A DNA stretch of 64,000 nucleotides from an uncultured Candidatus Binatia bacterium (GCA_964291295.2 OZ219754.1:736001-800000), one strand, 5' to 3'; positions 18,733-29,649 are shown, counted from the first letter of the stretch. Numbers and translations: made by a program. Notes: a model not told the origin generated them from the sequence alone.

Positions 18733-19260
18733 GTGGCCGGAGACAACGACGCCGACAGGATCAAGGCGCGGGATCTGATCAGGGAGATCAAGCGGGCGGG
18801 CATCCGGTTCGTCGTGGCGTTGCCTGACCGCACTACCAGCGAGCACATGCTGAAGACCATGCTCAACGACCCCGACTTCCAGGTGGTGCAGGTGTGCAAG
18901 GAGGACGAGGGGGTGTCCATCTGCAGCGGGCTCTACGCGGCCGGGCACCGGTCGCTGCTGCTCATGCAGTACACCGGCCTTCTGGACTCCGTCAACGCAC
19001 TCCGCGGCGTGGCCGTGCAGGGCCGGAACCCGGTCTGCATGATGGTGGGGATGCTGCAGAAGGAGCCCGGGGTCCCGCCCACCCGGTCGAAGCGTTACGG
19101 CCTGCGCATCGTCGAGCCGATCCTGGACGCCATGGGGATCGAACACCACAACATCGAAGCGCCCGGCACGGCGGACAAGGTAGTCCCCTCGGTGGAAGCG
19201 GCCTATGCGGAGTCGAGGCCCGTGGCGCTGTTGATCGGACGGGAGCCTTTCGGACCATGA
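18733..19260 (+). CDS. ThDP-dependent decarboxylase alpha subunit (ComD/sulfopyruvate decarboxylase-like)
   Basis: VALPD, CKEDEGVSICSG, LLMQYTG; AAGGAG RBS. Confidence 0.8.
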   Translation: MAGDNDADRIKARDLIREIKRAGIRFVVALPDRTTSEHMLKTMLNDPDFQVVQVCKEDEGVSICSGLYAAGHRSLLLMQYTGLLDSVNALRGVAVQGRNPVCMMVGMLQKEPGVPPTRSKRYGLRIVEPILDAMGIEHHNIEAPGTADKVVPSVEAAYAESRPVALLIGREPFGP

Positions 19261-19823
19261 TGAAGCGGGACGAATGCCTCAGGATTCTGGCGCGCCACAG
19301 GACCGACGAGATCGTGGTGGCGGTGTACAAGGCGGCCCAGGACTGGATCCACATCGCTCCGTCGGACCTCAACTACACCTTCACGGGCGCCATGGGACAG
19401 GGTTCGTCCCACGCCCTGGGGCTGGCCCTGGGGCGGCCCGACAAGCGCGTGGTGGTGCTGGACGGCGACGGCAGCCTGCTCATGAACCTGGGAAGCCTGG
19501 TCACCATCGCCAACGCCGCGCCGAAGAACTTCGTACACTGCGTTTGCGGGAACGGCACCTACGAGACCAACGGCGCCGTCCCCATCCCGACCCACCGCGG
19601 CTTCACCTTCACCGGCGTCGCCCGGGAGGCCGGCTATGCCAGGACCTGCACCTTCGACAACCTCGATGACTGGGACCGGAACCTGGACACCCTCCTGAAG
19701 GAGGATGGTCCCATCCTGGTGGACCTCAGGATGGAGCCGGGGGAAGACTACCCGGAGAACTTTCCCCGCCTCTACAGCACCGAGCACCGGGACCGCTTCC
19801 GCAAGGCGCTGGCGGCGTCGTGA
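19257..19823 (+). CDS. ThDP-dependent decarboxylase beta subunit (ComE-like)
   Basis: GAMG, GLGLA-like segment, DGDGSLLMNLG ThDP motif; ATGA overlap with the alpha subunit. Confidence 0.85.
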   Translation: MMKRDECLRILARHRTDEIVVAVYKAAQDWIHIAPSDLNYTFTGAMGQGSSHALGLALGRPDKRVVVLDGDGSLLMNLGSLVTIANAAPKNFVHCVCGNGTYETNGAVPIPTHRGFTFTGVAREAGYARTCTFDNLDDWDRNLDTLLKEDGPILVDLRMEPGEDYPENFPRLYSTEHRDRFRKALAAS

Positions 19824-19889
19824 CGGCTTCACCCTCCCGCAGCCGTCCTTCCACCGTCTTCGTCCCGCGCTCCGTCGCCTCGCCTTCCG

Positions 19890-20903
19890 TCATACCGCGC
19901 CCGGGCCGCGAGGTCGGGGCGGTGAAGGGGATGCGTCCGGATGGATCACCTCCACCGGGGCGCCCTTGATGAACCGGATGACATTGGTGAAGGCGCTCTG
20001 GTAACGCTGGTGGAGTATCCGGTCCACGGCATAACCGCGATGCGAAGTCAGGATGACGTTGTCGAAACCGCGCAAGGGGTGGTACGGCGGCAGCGGCTCC
20101 TGGTCGTAGACATCGAGGCCGACGCCGCCCGGATGGCCCCGCTTCAGTGATTCCACCAGTGCTTCCTCGGAAAGAATCGGGCCGCGTGCCGTGTTGATGA
20201 GCAGCGCCCCGGGCTTCATGCGCCGGAGCTCCCGGCGGCCGATGAGGCCAGTGGTCTCGGCGTTGAGCCGGCAGTGGACGGAGACGACATCCGACTCGTC
20301 CAGCAACGTATCGAGGGAAACCCGCCGCGCCGCCGCCTCCGCGGCCCTCCGGTCGGTGAGGGTCTTGCCCGCGGCCAGGATGTCCATGTCGAAAGCCCGT
20401 CCGATGCGGGCCACCCGGGTGCCGATGCGGCCGAGGCCGATGACGCCCAGGGTCCGTCCCTCCAGCAGCATGCCCACCGCCGGCGGCCAGCCCCCTTCGC
20501 GCATGCCCTGGCTCACCGACGGAATCTGTCTGGCCAGCGCCGTCAGCAGGGCGAAAGTGAGTTCCACCGTGGCGGTGCCGGAATCGTTGGGCGTGCACGA
20601 CACCACGATGCCCCGTCGGGTTGCCTCCGCCAGGTCCAGGTGCGGGATGCCGCGGCCGATCTGCGAGATGAACCGCAGCGACGGCGCCAGCGCGAACTCC
20701 CGCTCACGGAACGGCGAGCGCTCGCGCATGAGCACCACCGCATGGGCGCCGCCCACCGCCGCCGACCACTCCTCGTCGCTGGCGAGCCGGTGCTCCACCA
20801 CCCTGACGTCGGCCAACTTCGCGGCTTCGCGGTAGGCCGGCACCCTGGTGCAGAATTTCTCGTAGTCGTCCAGCACCACCACGCGAATGCGGTCATCCGG
20901 CAT
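19890..20903 (-). CDS. D-2-hydroxyacid dehydrogenase family protein
   Basis: VLDDY, MRER, GLGRIG, INTARG, LDVYDQEPL, SHRG. Confidence 0.92.
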   Translation of the reverse strand: MPDDRIRVVVLDDYEKFCTRVPAYREAAKLADVRVVEHRLASDEEWSAAVGGAHAVVLMRERSPFREREFALAPSLRFISQIGRGIPHLDLAEATRRGIVVSCTPNDSGTATVELTFALLTALARQIPSVSQGMREGGWPPAVGMLLEGRTLGVIGLGRIGTRVARIGRAFDMDILAAGKTLTDRRAAEAAARRVSLDTLLDESDVVSVHCRLNAETTGLIGRRELRRMKPGALLINTARGPILSEEALVESLKRGHPGGVGLDVYDQEPLPPYHPLRGFDNVILTSHRGYAVDRILHQRYQSAFTNVIRFIKGAPVEVIHPDASPSPPRPRGPGAV

Positions 20904-21192
20904 GGGGTGGAGGGAGCGCGGCAGTTTGATGCATCAGGTTGTCCCTGGGATTCTTGTCCTCGGGATTCATCAGATTGTCCATGAACATGGAAACTCCGGT
21001 GAACATACGCCACCAAGCGGAATTTCACCAATCGGAACGTGACCCGCGCCGGGCTCCGCTTTCGGGCGGGAAACCGCCGGCCCGCCGCCGTTTTCCTCGC
21101 TCCGGTTTCCTTGCCGCGTTTTCCTCCCGCCGATATTCCCGATAAGCTCACCTGCGACTCCAGACCCGTTACCCGATCCCCGGAGGAATGCC

Positions 21193-21540
21193 ATGACCCT
21201 GTTGACCGAAGAGAGCTGCGTGGCGTGCCGGGCGGATGCCCCGGTGGTGACCGACGAGGAAGCGCGCAACCTCCAGAAGCAGACGCCGGACTGGGCCATG
21301 ATCGAGGAAGACGGCATTCCCAAGCTGGACCGGGTCTTCAGATTCGGGAACTTCGCCCGGGCGCTGGCCTTCACCACCGCGGTGGGCGACCTCGCCGAGG
21401 CCCAGGGCCATCACCCCAGGATCGTCACCGAATGGGGCCGCGTCCGCGTCACCTGGTGGACCCACAAGATCCGCAACCTCCACCGCAATGACTTCATCAT
21501 GGCGGCCAGTACCGACCGGGTCTACGGCGAGAACGGATGA
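21193..21540 (+). CDS. phhB: Pterin-4-alpha-carbinolamine dehydratase
   Basis: [26 protein letters not shown]. Confidence 0.9.
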   Translation: MTLLTEESCVACRADAPVVTDEEARNLQKQTPDWAMIEEDGIPKLDRVFRFGNFARALAFTTAVGDLAEAQGHHPRIVTEWGRVRVTWWTHKIRNLHRNDFIMAASTDRVYGENG

Positions 21541-21620
21541 CCCACCCCATCGTGATTGACACGCGGCAACGTCTGCCGTATTCACGTGGCTGACAACACC
21601 TGTCCTGGAGGTATGCCGCC

Positions 21621-22634
21621 ATGGCCGACTATCCCGTGCTGGATTCCGACTCGCACATCCGTGAAACCGCCGGCGACTACCGCTCGCGCATACCGGAGAA
21701 GTTCCGGCGCATCCGCCAGGGGCTGTTTCCCAGCGACACTTGGGACCGCTTCCTGGGGCGCATGGGCAAGCAGACCATCGGCACCGACGGCTACGTGGAG
21801 GATATGGACGTCGAGGGCATCCAGCTCACCGTAACCTATCCGACCATGGGGCTGAATCTGAGCCTCGTGCCCCAGAGCGACCTCCAGCAGGCGCTGGCGC
21901 GGGCATGGAACGATTACATCGGCGAGATACAGCAGCAGCACCCGCGCATGAAGGGGGTCGCCACCGTATCGTTGAGGGACATCCCCGGGGCCGTGGAGGA
22001 GCTCAACCGCGCCGTCAACAAGTGGCACCACCCGGGCGTGATGATCCACACCCACGGCCACAGGAAGAACCTCGGCGCCGAAGAGTTCTGGCCCATCTAC
22101 GCCGAGGCCGAGCGACTGGGCATACCCGTCTGCTTTCACGGCAACTCCTGGGGCGCCGAGGGACAGGACCGCTGGGAGGAATTTCTCCAGGCCCACACGG
22201 TGAGCTTTTCCTTCGAGATCATGCAGGCCTTCCTCGGCATCGTCACCTGCGGCGTGCTGGAGCGCCACCCCCGCCTGAAGGTGGGGTTCTTCGAGGCCGG
22301 GTGCGGCTGGCTCCCCTACTGGCTCGACCGCATCGACGAGCACTACGAACGGCGCAGCGAGGAAGCGCCGCTGCTCAAGGGGAAACCCAGCGAGTACGTC
22401 AAGGACGGCCGGGTGTACGTGAGCTTCGATCCGGATGACGCCATGCTGCCCTACTGCATGGAGCGCTACGGCGACGACATGTGGCTGTTCGCCGCCGACT
22501 ACCCCCACTGGGACACCATCTGGCCCAACGCCACCAGGGAAGTCCGTGAACGGACCGACATTTCCGAAGAGCAGAAACGGAAGGTCTTTTTCGACAACGC
22601 CAACCGTTTCTACGCGCTGGGCCTTGAGGCATGA
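21621..22634 (+). CDS. Amidohydrolase family protein
   Basis: LDSDSH, FHG, FEAGCGW, ADYPHWD. Confidence 0.9.
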   Translation: MADYPVLDSDSHIRETAGDYRSRIPEKFRRIRQGLFPSDTWDRFLGRMGKQTIGTDGYVEDMDVEGIQLTVTYPTMGLNLSLVPQSDLQQALARAWNDYIGEIQQQHPRMKGVATVSLRDIPGAVEELNRAVNKWHHPGVMIHTHGHRKNLGAEEFWPIYAEAERLGIPVCFHGNSWGAEGQDRWEEFLQAHTVSFSFEIMQAFLGIVTCGVLERHPRLKVGFFEAGCGWLPYWLDRIDEHYERRSEEAPLLKGKPSEYVKDGRVYVSFDPDDAMLPYCMERYGDDMWLFAADYPHWDTIWPNATREVRERTDISEEQKRKVFFDNANRFYALGLEA

Positions 22635-22689
22635 CGGCGCCGGAAGCCGGCCAGGGACCCTGCCCGGACACGCCACCAGGAACACCACC

Positions 22690-23148
22690 ATGAACGCCAC
22701 CACGACGAAATGGCTCGCAGCCGCCCTGCTCCTGCTGCTGGGCGGCTGCGCCACCGCCCGGGGACCGGCCTTCGACGGCTGGCGGAAGCCGGGGGCGGGT
22801 GCCGGCGTCGTCTACCTGTATCGACCGTGGTCCTTCGTGGGCAGTCTTCTTCCGGTGCGGGTCTATGTGGACGGCGAGCGGCGGGCGGATCTGGAAAACG
22901 GCGGCCACCAGGCTCACGAACTGCCCCCGGGCGTGCACACCATCGTCACGGAAATGGGCGGCCTCCCGATCACGACCGACAGGATCAGCCTTGACCTCAA
23001 GGTCGAGACGGGCTCGATCCTCTACGCGCGGTTCAAGGCCAACAGGAGGGACACCGGGAGCGGCACCCCGGTGCGCCTCGCCGAGCTTACGGTGGTGAAC
23101 CGGGAAACCGCCCGCCGCGAGATCCCGGACACCCGGGGCTCCATGTAG
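22690..23148 (+). CDS. DUF2846-like lipoprotein
   Basis: Lipobox LGGC; VYLYRP; VYVDG; L.PG.H. Confidence 0.75.
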   Translation: MNATTTKWLAAALLLLLGGCATARGPAFDGWRKPGAGAGVVYLYRPWSFVGSLLPVRVYVDGERRADLENGGHQAHELPPGVHTIVTEMGGLPITTDRISLDLKVETGSILYARFKANRRDTGSGTPVRLAELTVVNRETARREIPDTRGSM

Positions 23149-23202
23149 AAGCCGCCGGCGGCCACCTCGGCGCCACGGGACCGCGTCACGCCCGGGCGCC
23201 GC

Positions 23203-24636
23203 TCACGGGCCCAACTCATCGGCCACGGCCTGCTCCACCACCGTTCCCTTGAAGAAATCCGGGTTGTTGCGGGTGTGCAGGCGGGCGGCGTTGGTGAAGG
23301 TGAACTCCCGGAAATCCTGCTCCGTCACGAAACCCTTCTCCACCATTTCATGGGCTTCCGGCAGCACGTCCCTGAAGTCGGGCACGTCGAAATGGGTGAA
23401 GTCGGAACTGAACACCGGCTGAAGCCGCACGCCCATGCGGGAGTCGAAGGCCCACATGGTGGCGCGGTCATCCGCCTCGCAGCCGAAGAAGAAGCTGCCC
23501 GAGAACACGGCCCGGACGTCGTCCTCCGAGTCGATGCCCGCGGCCTCGAAATCGTCCACCACGTGCTCGGGTTTCGCCAGCTCCGCAAGGCTGCAGTCGG
23601 GCCGGAAGGCGTCGAGGTTGTCCATGACGGCGCCGGCGTTGGCCTTGAGCCGCTCATCGCCGTAGCGCTCGATGAGCCGCTTCAGTTCCGCGACGTTCGT
23701 CGTGTCCGGATACTGCAGCCCGGCGCGCCGGCGCTTCTCCCAGTGCTCGATCAGATCGAAGCACATCTGGCAGGCCCAGCTTATGCCGCCCTCCATGAAC
23801 CCGAAGTTGAGGCTCGGATAGCGCCGCACCAGGCCGCCCAGAAAGACGCCCCGGGCGAAGGCGTGGTTCGATTCGGCGAAGTGGCCGACGTGGTTGTAGG
23901 TGAAGTTGGTGATGGAGGCGCGGTCCGGCCAGCGGCCGCTGCCCGAGTGCTGGGTCACGGCTACCCCCAGCTCGACGCACCGCTGCCAGACGGGCTCGTA
24001 GTCATGTGGACTGTCCAGGGCGATATTGTCGCAGTACCAGGCGGCCTTGCGCGGGTCGATGCCCTCGGCCGCGGCCGGTATCGTCCGCTCCTGGTTGCCC
24101 CGCAGCATGATGGCCCGGTAACCGCGCCGCACCACCGCGTACTCCAGCTCCTCCAGGGCTTCCCCTGGGTCGTGCGCGGGGATGATGGCCACCGGCGCGA
24201 ACCGCGCGGCATACGGCCCGAACATGTCGGCCGTCATCATGTTGTAGGCCCGGACTCCGGCCCGGTGCAGGTCGTCGTCCTGGATGCCGTTGACGCTCAG
24301 CCCGAAGCTCGGATAGATCATCGCGAAGTCAATGCCCAGCTCCGGCAGCCGCTCGTTCAGCAGGGCGGGCAGGAGTCCGGTGGCTTTGTCCCGCGTGTCC
24401 GCGGTCACGCCCCACCAGATGGTGCGACGCATGCGGTGGTGCCGGCGTTCCGCCGCGGTGGCCCGGTACCAGCTCTGGTTTCGCTGCCACAGGGCGCGGA
24501 TCTGGTCCACCGCTGCCGCACCGCCCACCTCGCCCAGGTATTCGAGAAAGACCGGAACCGGCTCTATCCAGTGGCCGTCGCCGTCGATCACCGGGTGCTT
24601 GAGCCCGTCATGAATCTCTGCCGCTCGGTTTCCCAT
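23203..24636 (-). CDS. Amidohydrolase family protein
   Basis: HPVIDGDGH, FMEGG, FGCEADD, SSDFTHFD. Confidence 0.9.
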   Translation of the reverse strand: MGNRAAEIHDGLKHPVIDGDGHWIEPVPVFLEYLGEVGGAAAVDQIRALWQRNQSWYRATAAERRHHRMRRTIWWGVTADTRDKATGLLPALLNERLPELGIDFAMIYPSFGLSVNGIQDDDLHRAGVRAYNMMTADMFGPYAARFAPVAIIPAHDPGEALEELEYAVVRRGYRAIMLRGNQERTIPAAAEGIDPRKAAWYCDNIALDSPHDYEPVWQRCVELGVAVTQHSGSGRWPDRASITNFTYNHVGHFAESNHAFARGVFLGGLVRRYPSLNFGFMEGGISWACQMCFDLIEHWEKRRRAGLQYPDTTNVAELKRLIERYGDERLKANAGAVMDNLDAFRPDCSLAELAKPEHVVDDFEAAGIDSEDDVRAVFSGSFFFGCEADDRATMWAFDSRMGVRLQPVFSSDFTHFDVPDFRDVLPEAHEMVEKGFVTEQDFREFTFTNAARLHTRNNPDFFKGTVVEQAVADELGP

Positions 24637-24734
24637 GGTCACCGCTCCTTCCGCAGATGTGTACGGGTCGGCCCCGTCCTCCGGTCCAACCCCCTCGACC
24701 CATGGCACAGCCGCGTCCGGGGAAGGCCTCGGGC

Positions 24735-25901
24735 TCAGTCTGCCGGCTCTTCCCCGGACGCGGCAAACGCCCTTTCCAGCGCAGGTCGGACCAGCTCCGC
24801 CTGCCAGCGCAACAGCCCGGCGCCCTCCATGACTTCGTCCGGAGTCCGGCAACGCTGTTGGACAATGGCCTCCAGTGCCGCCCGGGGCGCCAGCGTCGAC
24901 GGGGCGATCTCCAGTTGTCCGGCAATCCTGGCGCACTCGCCGCGCAGCGCGTCGAACTCCCGCGGGTCCACGGGAAGCGGTTTCACGCCCGCGGTCCCGC
25001 GGCGCGGCGGCCACTCCGCCGGAGTCAACGAAGCCGCCCTGGCAATGGCCCGCTCGAGGGTCCGCCGCCACGAGCCCACGAAGTTGCGGGGCAGCTTCGG
25101 ACCCTTGTCCAGGGACTCGTCCGGATGCTCCTCCGTCCACTGCGCCAGTTCCAGCAGTTGCCGATTGCCAAGGACCTTGAAGGCCGGTCGGTCGGAGTGC
25201 CGTGCGCGCATGTCGCGCCAGGCCCAGAGCTCCCGAAGGTAGGCCAGTTGCCGGTGCGTCAGACGGCCGGCTCCCTTGATGCGCCAGGCGTCGTCCGGTT
25301 CGTCCGGGCGGTCCCGCCCGGCGGCCTCCACCATGGCCCGGCAGCTTTCCCGGTGCCATTCCACCCGGCCGCGCTCGCGCAGTTCGCCGTGCAGGCACGC
25401 CGCCAGCGCCTCCAGATAGCGGGTGTCGTTGACCGCGTAGCGCAACTGCTTTTCACTGAGGGGCCGGCGCGACCAGTCCGACTTCTGCGAGTCCTTGGTC
25501 ATGGCGATGTCGAAGAACCTCGCCACCAGCGCCGCCAGGCCGATCTGCTCGATGCCCAGCAACATGGCGGCGATCATGGTGTCGAAGACCTCGCCCCCCG
25601 CCCTGAAGCCCTTCCACGCCCGCAGCATGCGCAGATCGTAGTGGCCACCGTGCACGATCAGTCGCTTCCCGGCCAAGGCCTCCACAAGGCCGTCGAAGTC
25701 CAGCCCGGAAAAGGGATCGACGACGAAATGCTCCTCGCCGACGGAAAGCTGGATCAGGCAGACCTTCTCGAAGTAGCTGTGGAGGCTGTCGGCCTCCATG
25801 TCCAGCGCCACCGATGGCGCCTCCCGAATGCTCCGGATCAAGCTGTCCAGGGTAGCGGCGTTGCAGACGTAGATGTAGGTGTCGGGATACGGATTGCCCA
25901 A
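24735..25901 (-). CDS. rnd: Ribonuclease D (DEDDy exonuclease + HRDC)
   Basis: ALDMEADS, CLIQ, FDT, SDWSRRPLS..QL.YA.ND. Start uncertain. Confidence 0.88.
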   Translation of the reverse strand: MGNPYPDTYIYVCNAATLDSLIRSIREAPSVALDMEADSLHSYFEKVCLIQLSVGEEHFVVDPFSGLDFDGLVEALAGKRLIVHGGHYDLRMLRAWKGFRAGGEVFDTMIAAMLLGIEQIGLAALVARFFDIAMTKDSQKSDWSRRPLSEKQLRYAVNDTRYLEALAACLHGELRERGRVEWHRESCRAMVEAAGRDRPDEPDDAWRIKGAGRLTHRQLAYLRELWAWRDMRARHSDRPAFKVLGNRQLLELAQWTEEHPDESLDKGPKLPRNFVGSWRRTLERAIARAASLTPAEWPPRRGTAGVKPLPVDPREFDALRGECARIAGQLEIAPSTLAPRAALEAIVQQRCRTPDEVMEGAGLLRWQAELVRPALERAFAASGEEPAD

Positions 25902-26037
25902 GGACTCGATGTCTCCCCTCAAGCCTCCAGAGTGAACGCTCGAACAAAGGAACTCAAAGCCATGGTAACACCCAACCGCCCCCTTGCCGAACGGCAGCTT
26001 CGCCGTACTCACCGACCGCCCGGCGCGCGCCGGCCAT

Positions 26038-26556
26038 TCACCGGAACAGGTTCAGAATCGGGTCCGTCAGGTAGGAGTCGAAGGAGTAGAGGCCGAGAGA
26101 GTGGGCGATGCGGCCGGGGGGCAGCGGGAACGACAGGGCCTCCTCCAGGCCGCCCTTGAAGAAGAGGTACACGCCCAGACCGTAAAGGAGGCTGGTGCGC
26201 CAGAGTTCGCGGGCCTGAAAGCGGAGGAAGAGCACCGGCATGACCAGCCCGCCGACCTTGAAACCCAGGAGCCAAAGGCCCACGGCGAAGGCCACGGCCC
26301 AGAAGGAGATCTCCAGCGTGCGGCGGCGCACCACGGCCGGATCAAGAGGGGCTGCGGCCTCCACCGCCGGCTCCGGCGACCGCAGTCCGAGCCAGAGGCT
26401 GCAGGCCAGGTGCACCCCCGCCATGACCAGCACCGGATAGCCGACGGCCAGGGGAAAGAACCGCGTGCGGGCCGGCCAGTCCTGCGCCTCCCACACGGCC
26501 CACAGGAGCAGCGCCACCAGCAACACGCCGATCACGATGTCAGTGCGGTTCCGCAC
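26038..26556 (-). CDS. tctB: Tripartite tricarboxylate transporter small subunit
   Basis: Hydrophobic protein with FFPL and LPPG motifs; follows tctA. Confidence 0.8.
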   Translation of the reverse strand: MRNRTDIVIGVLLVALLLWAVWEAQDWPARTRFFPLAVGYPVLVMAGVHLACSLWLGLRSPEPAVEAAAPLDPAVVRRRTLEISFWAVAFAVGLWLLGFKVGGLVMPVLFLRFQARELWRTSLLYGLGVYLFFKGGLEEALSFPLPPGRIAHSLGLYSFDSYLTDPILNLFR

Positions 26557-28045
26557 CCGGCCCCTCCTCCGGCCTGGAGCGCTTCGCCATCCAGTCCTGC
26601 AACCCCGGCAGGAAGATCACCACGAGGGCGATCCCGAAAGTCACCATGACGATGGGGCGCAGCAGGAACCCGAGTCCGTAGATCTCGTAGGAGATGAACA
26701 GGTTCCGCTCCACCAGGGGACCGAGCACCAGCCCCAGCACCAGCGGCGGCCGCGGCCAGCCATGGTTCACCATGACCACGCCGGCGACCCCGAACACCAG
26801 GGTGGTGGTCATGGCGAACCAGGAATTGGTGTTGGCGAAGCCCGCCAGGTAGATCAACATGAACAGCGCGGGAATCAGCAGCGACCCGCGGATCCGGGTG
26901 ATCTTCGCCAACTGGTTCAGGAACAGCAGGCAGAACGCCACCGTGACGATGTTCGAGATGACGATCAGCCAGACGAACGAGAAGGTCAGGGACAGGTGCT
27001 CGGTCAACATCTTGGGCCCGGGTTGCAGCCCCTGGATGATGAAGGCGCCCAGCAGGATGGCGGTGGTGGCGCTGCCGGGCACGCCGAAGGCCACGGTGGG
27101 GATCATGGCCGCGCCGATGCCCGAGTTGTTGGCCGCACCCGGTCCCAGGACGCCGCGAACGTCGCCCTTGCCGAAGCCGCTGCGATCCCTGGTGCTCTGC
27201 ACCGCGTGGGCGTAGGACACCCACTGGGACAACGCCGCGCTCACCCCCGGCACCAGACCGAAGAAGGTGCCGATCATGCTGCAGCGGACGGTGATGCCGA
27301 TATGGGTGAAGGTGTCCCGGACCCCCTGCCAGACGCCGCCCAGCTTGCCGACCCTGGCCTCGGCGATGCTGGACCCCTTGACCCACAACTCGACGATCTC
27401 CGGCACCGCGAACAACCCCACGGCCGCGGCGATGAGGCCGAGTCCTTCCCAGAGGTTCACCAGGCCGAAGGTATAGCGCTCGATGTTCTCCTGGTAGTCC
27501 AGACCGACGGTGGAAAGCACCAGCCCCAGTCCCCCGGCCAGCACGCCCTTGAGCTTGTTGTCGCCGCTCAGCGCTGCCAGGAAGCAGATCCCGAGGATCG
27601 CCAGGGAGAAGAACTCCGGCGACTTGAAAGACAGCACCAGCGGCGTGACGATGGGAATGGCGGCGGCCAGGGAGAACGCGCCGACGATGGCGCCCACCAG
27701 GGAACTCATGAGCGCCGCCCCCAGTGCGCGGCCGGCCTGACCCTGTTTCGCCATGGGATGGCCGTCGATGATGGTGGCGGTGGACACCACCTCCCCGGGC
27801 ACGCCGAACAGGATCGAGGTGATGTCGCCGGTGGTGCCGGTGACCGCGTACATCCCGAGCAGGAAGGCGAACGCCTGCACCGGGTCCATGCTGAAGATGA
27901 ACGGCAGCATGAGGGCCACCGCGCCCGGACTGCCGATGCCCGGCAGGATCCCGACGATGAACCCCAGGACGATGCCGATGGACATCAGCAGGAATGTGGT
28001 CTGATCGAATACCTGGATGAGACCTGCGACAAAGGCGTCCAACAT
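26540..28045 (-). CDS. tctA: Tripartite tricarboxylate transporter large subunit
   Basis: GILPGIG, SILFGVPG, DGHPMAKQG, AANNS, GVPGS. Confidence 0.92.
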   Translation of the reverse strand: MLDAFVAGLIQVFDQTTFLLMSIGIVLGFIVGILPGIGSPGAVALMLPFIFSMDPVQAFAFLLGMYAVTGTTGDITSILFGVPGEVVSTATIIDGHPMAKQGQAGRALGAALMSSLVGAIVGAFSLAAAIPIVTPLVLSFKSPEFFSLAILGICFLAALSGDNKLKGVLAGGLGLVLSTVGLDYQENIERYTFGLVNLWEGLGLIAAAVGLFAVPEIVELWVKGSSIAEARVGKLGGVWQGVRDTFTHIGITVRCSMIGTFFGLVPGVSAALSQWVSYAHAVQSTRDRSGFGKGDVRGVLGPGAANNSGIGAAMIPTVAFGVPGSATTAILLGAFIIQGLQPGPKMLTEHLSLTFSFVWLIVISNIVTVAFCLLFLNQLAKITRIRGSLLIPALFMLIYLAGFANTNSWFAMTTTLVFGVAGVVMVNHGWPRPPLVLGLVLGPLVERNLFISYEIYGLGFLLRPIVMVTFGIALVVIFLPGLQDWMAKRSRPEEGPGAEPH

Positions 28046-28098
28046 GCGGTCACGGGAAAGGTCGGGTTCGAGTCCTCAGGCCCGAATGCCGGTGTTGC

Positions 28099-28142
28099 GG
28101 CACCGGTTCGCCCCCGCCCGGCGGCGGGCGCGAACCGGTGCC
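28099..28142. repeat. Intra-operon hairpin (REP-like or mRNA stability element)
   Basis: Perfect 13-bp arms GGCACCGGTTCGC / GCGAACCGGTGCC. Confidence 0.6.
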
Positions 28143-28185
28143 CGGTACCTCTCGCTCACATCGATCCGGCACACGCCGCCGGTCT

Positions 28186-29232
28186 TCAGCCCTTGGCGAT
28201 GAGCGCCTTGATCCTGTCCATGATGGGCGCGGGAGTGTTGAGCAGCTGTCCGACGATTTCGGCCACGTTGTCGCCCCGCCGGGGCTGCAGGTCGCGTTTC
28301 TGCTTCTCGGCCAGCGCCCTGACCTGCGGATCGTTGTACGCCTTGGCGAACGCATCGCGCATGGCCTCGACACGCTCCGCCGGCACTCCGGGCGGGAGCG
28401 TGTGGACGATGCTGATCTGGTTGGTGGCGTTCATCGCCCTCAGCATGGCCAGCTCATCCTCGCTCTTGCCCTGCTCCCGGGCCAGCGCCTCGGCCGCCGG
28501 CACGCCCTGCAGCAGGCGGTGGTCTTCCTTCCGGTCGCCGGCGATGATCAGGACCCGGCAGCACTTCGCGGCGCCCTCGAACATGGCGATCTCGGTGCTC
28601 TTCATGGTCTGGAAGGTCGTGCAGAAGCCATTGACCTCGCCGTTCTTCACCGCCAGACGCTGCGCGCCGCCGCTGGGGAAACCGGTGACGGCCTTGAAGT
28701 TGCTGCCGAAGACCGCGTTGAAGATGATCGGCTCAAGGTGGGAGAGGCCGCCCGTGTCGAAGCTCGACACGATGAGCTGCTTCCGGGTCTTCACCGCGTC
28801 GGCGAAGCTCGTCACGCCGGCGTCCGTCCGCACCGCGCAGGCCGAGTTGGCCCGGAACGCGCTCGCGACCCAATTGAAATCCCTGCCATCGAACTGGATC
28901 CCCGGCACGCCGCGGGCCTGCTTCAACACCAGGCTGCTGCTGATGGCCGCCATCACGGTGCCGTCCCTGCGTTCGTTGTTGAACACCGTGTTGGCCGCCA
29001 GCATGCTGCCGCCGCCCGACTTGTTCTGGACCACGATCCGCGGCCCCCCGGGAATGTACTTGTGCAGAACCGGCGCGATGAGCCGGGTGGTGAGGTCGGT
29101 GGTGCCGCCCGGACCATAACCCACGACGATACGGATGGTCTTGCCCTTGTAGAAATCCGCCACCGCGTCGCCCCACGCGGGGCTCGCCAGGAGCAGCAAG
29201 CCTGCCATCGGAATGAGCATTCGACTGAACAT
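28186..29232 (-). CDS. tctC: Tripartite tricarboxylate transporter substrate-binding protein (Bug/TctC)
   Basis: Signal peptide; FYKGKTIRIVVGYGPGGTTD; VVQNKSGGG. Confidence 0.85.
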   Translation of the reverse strand: MFSRMLIPMAGLLLLASPAWGDAVADFYKGKTIRIVVGYGPGGTTDLTTRLIAPVLHKYIPGGPRIVVQNKSGGGSMLAANTVFNNERRDGTVMAAISSSLVLKQARGVPGIQFDGRDFNWVASAFRANSACAVRTDAGVTSFADAVKTRKQLIVSSFDTGGLSHLEPIIFNAVFGSNFKAVTGFPSGGAQRLAVKNGEVNGFCTTFQTMKSTEIAMFEGAAKCCRVLIIAGDRKEDHRLLQGVPAAEALAREQGKSEDELAMLRAMNATNQISIVHTLPPGVPAERVEAMRDAFAKAYNDPQVRALAEKQKRDLQPRRGDNVAEIVGQLLNTPAPIMDRIKALIAKG

Positions 29233-29649
29233 GCGTACCTCCTATCGGATTGGATGGTGCGATTAACCGACTTTGGGGAACCCCTGTCAACCCCGGATCA
29301 GGACAATCTCAGGCTGTGGAGAGGCGGATGAAGCAGGCTGGTTCGCTTTCAGGACAGTTCGAACAGGGTCGGGGTCAGGGGCGCGGCGACCGGACTGGCG
29401 TGCGGATGGATCCGGATTCGGGCGGGAGCCTGCGGTGACGGGGGTTTAGGTCAGCGCGGATGTGCGAGATCCGGCGAAGCGCTGGACGTGCGGCGTCGAC
29501 TTCGAGACCGCTGCGCTTCGGGTTCTTCCAGGCACCGCCGCCCCGACCGGGCGCTTCCCGTTTCCGCCGCGTGAGCCTGCCCGCATCATGGACCGCGCCG
29601 CCGAATGGCGGCGGTCTGCCGGAACGGCGGATGGGCGGCGGACCGTTCG

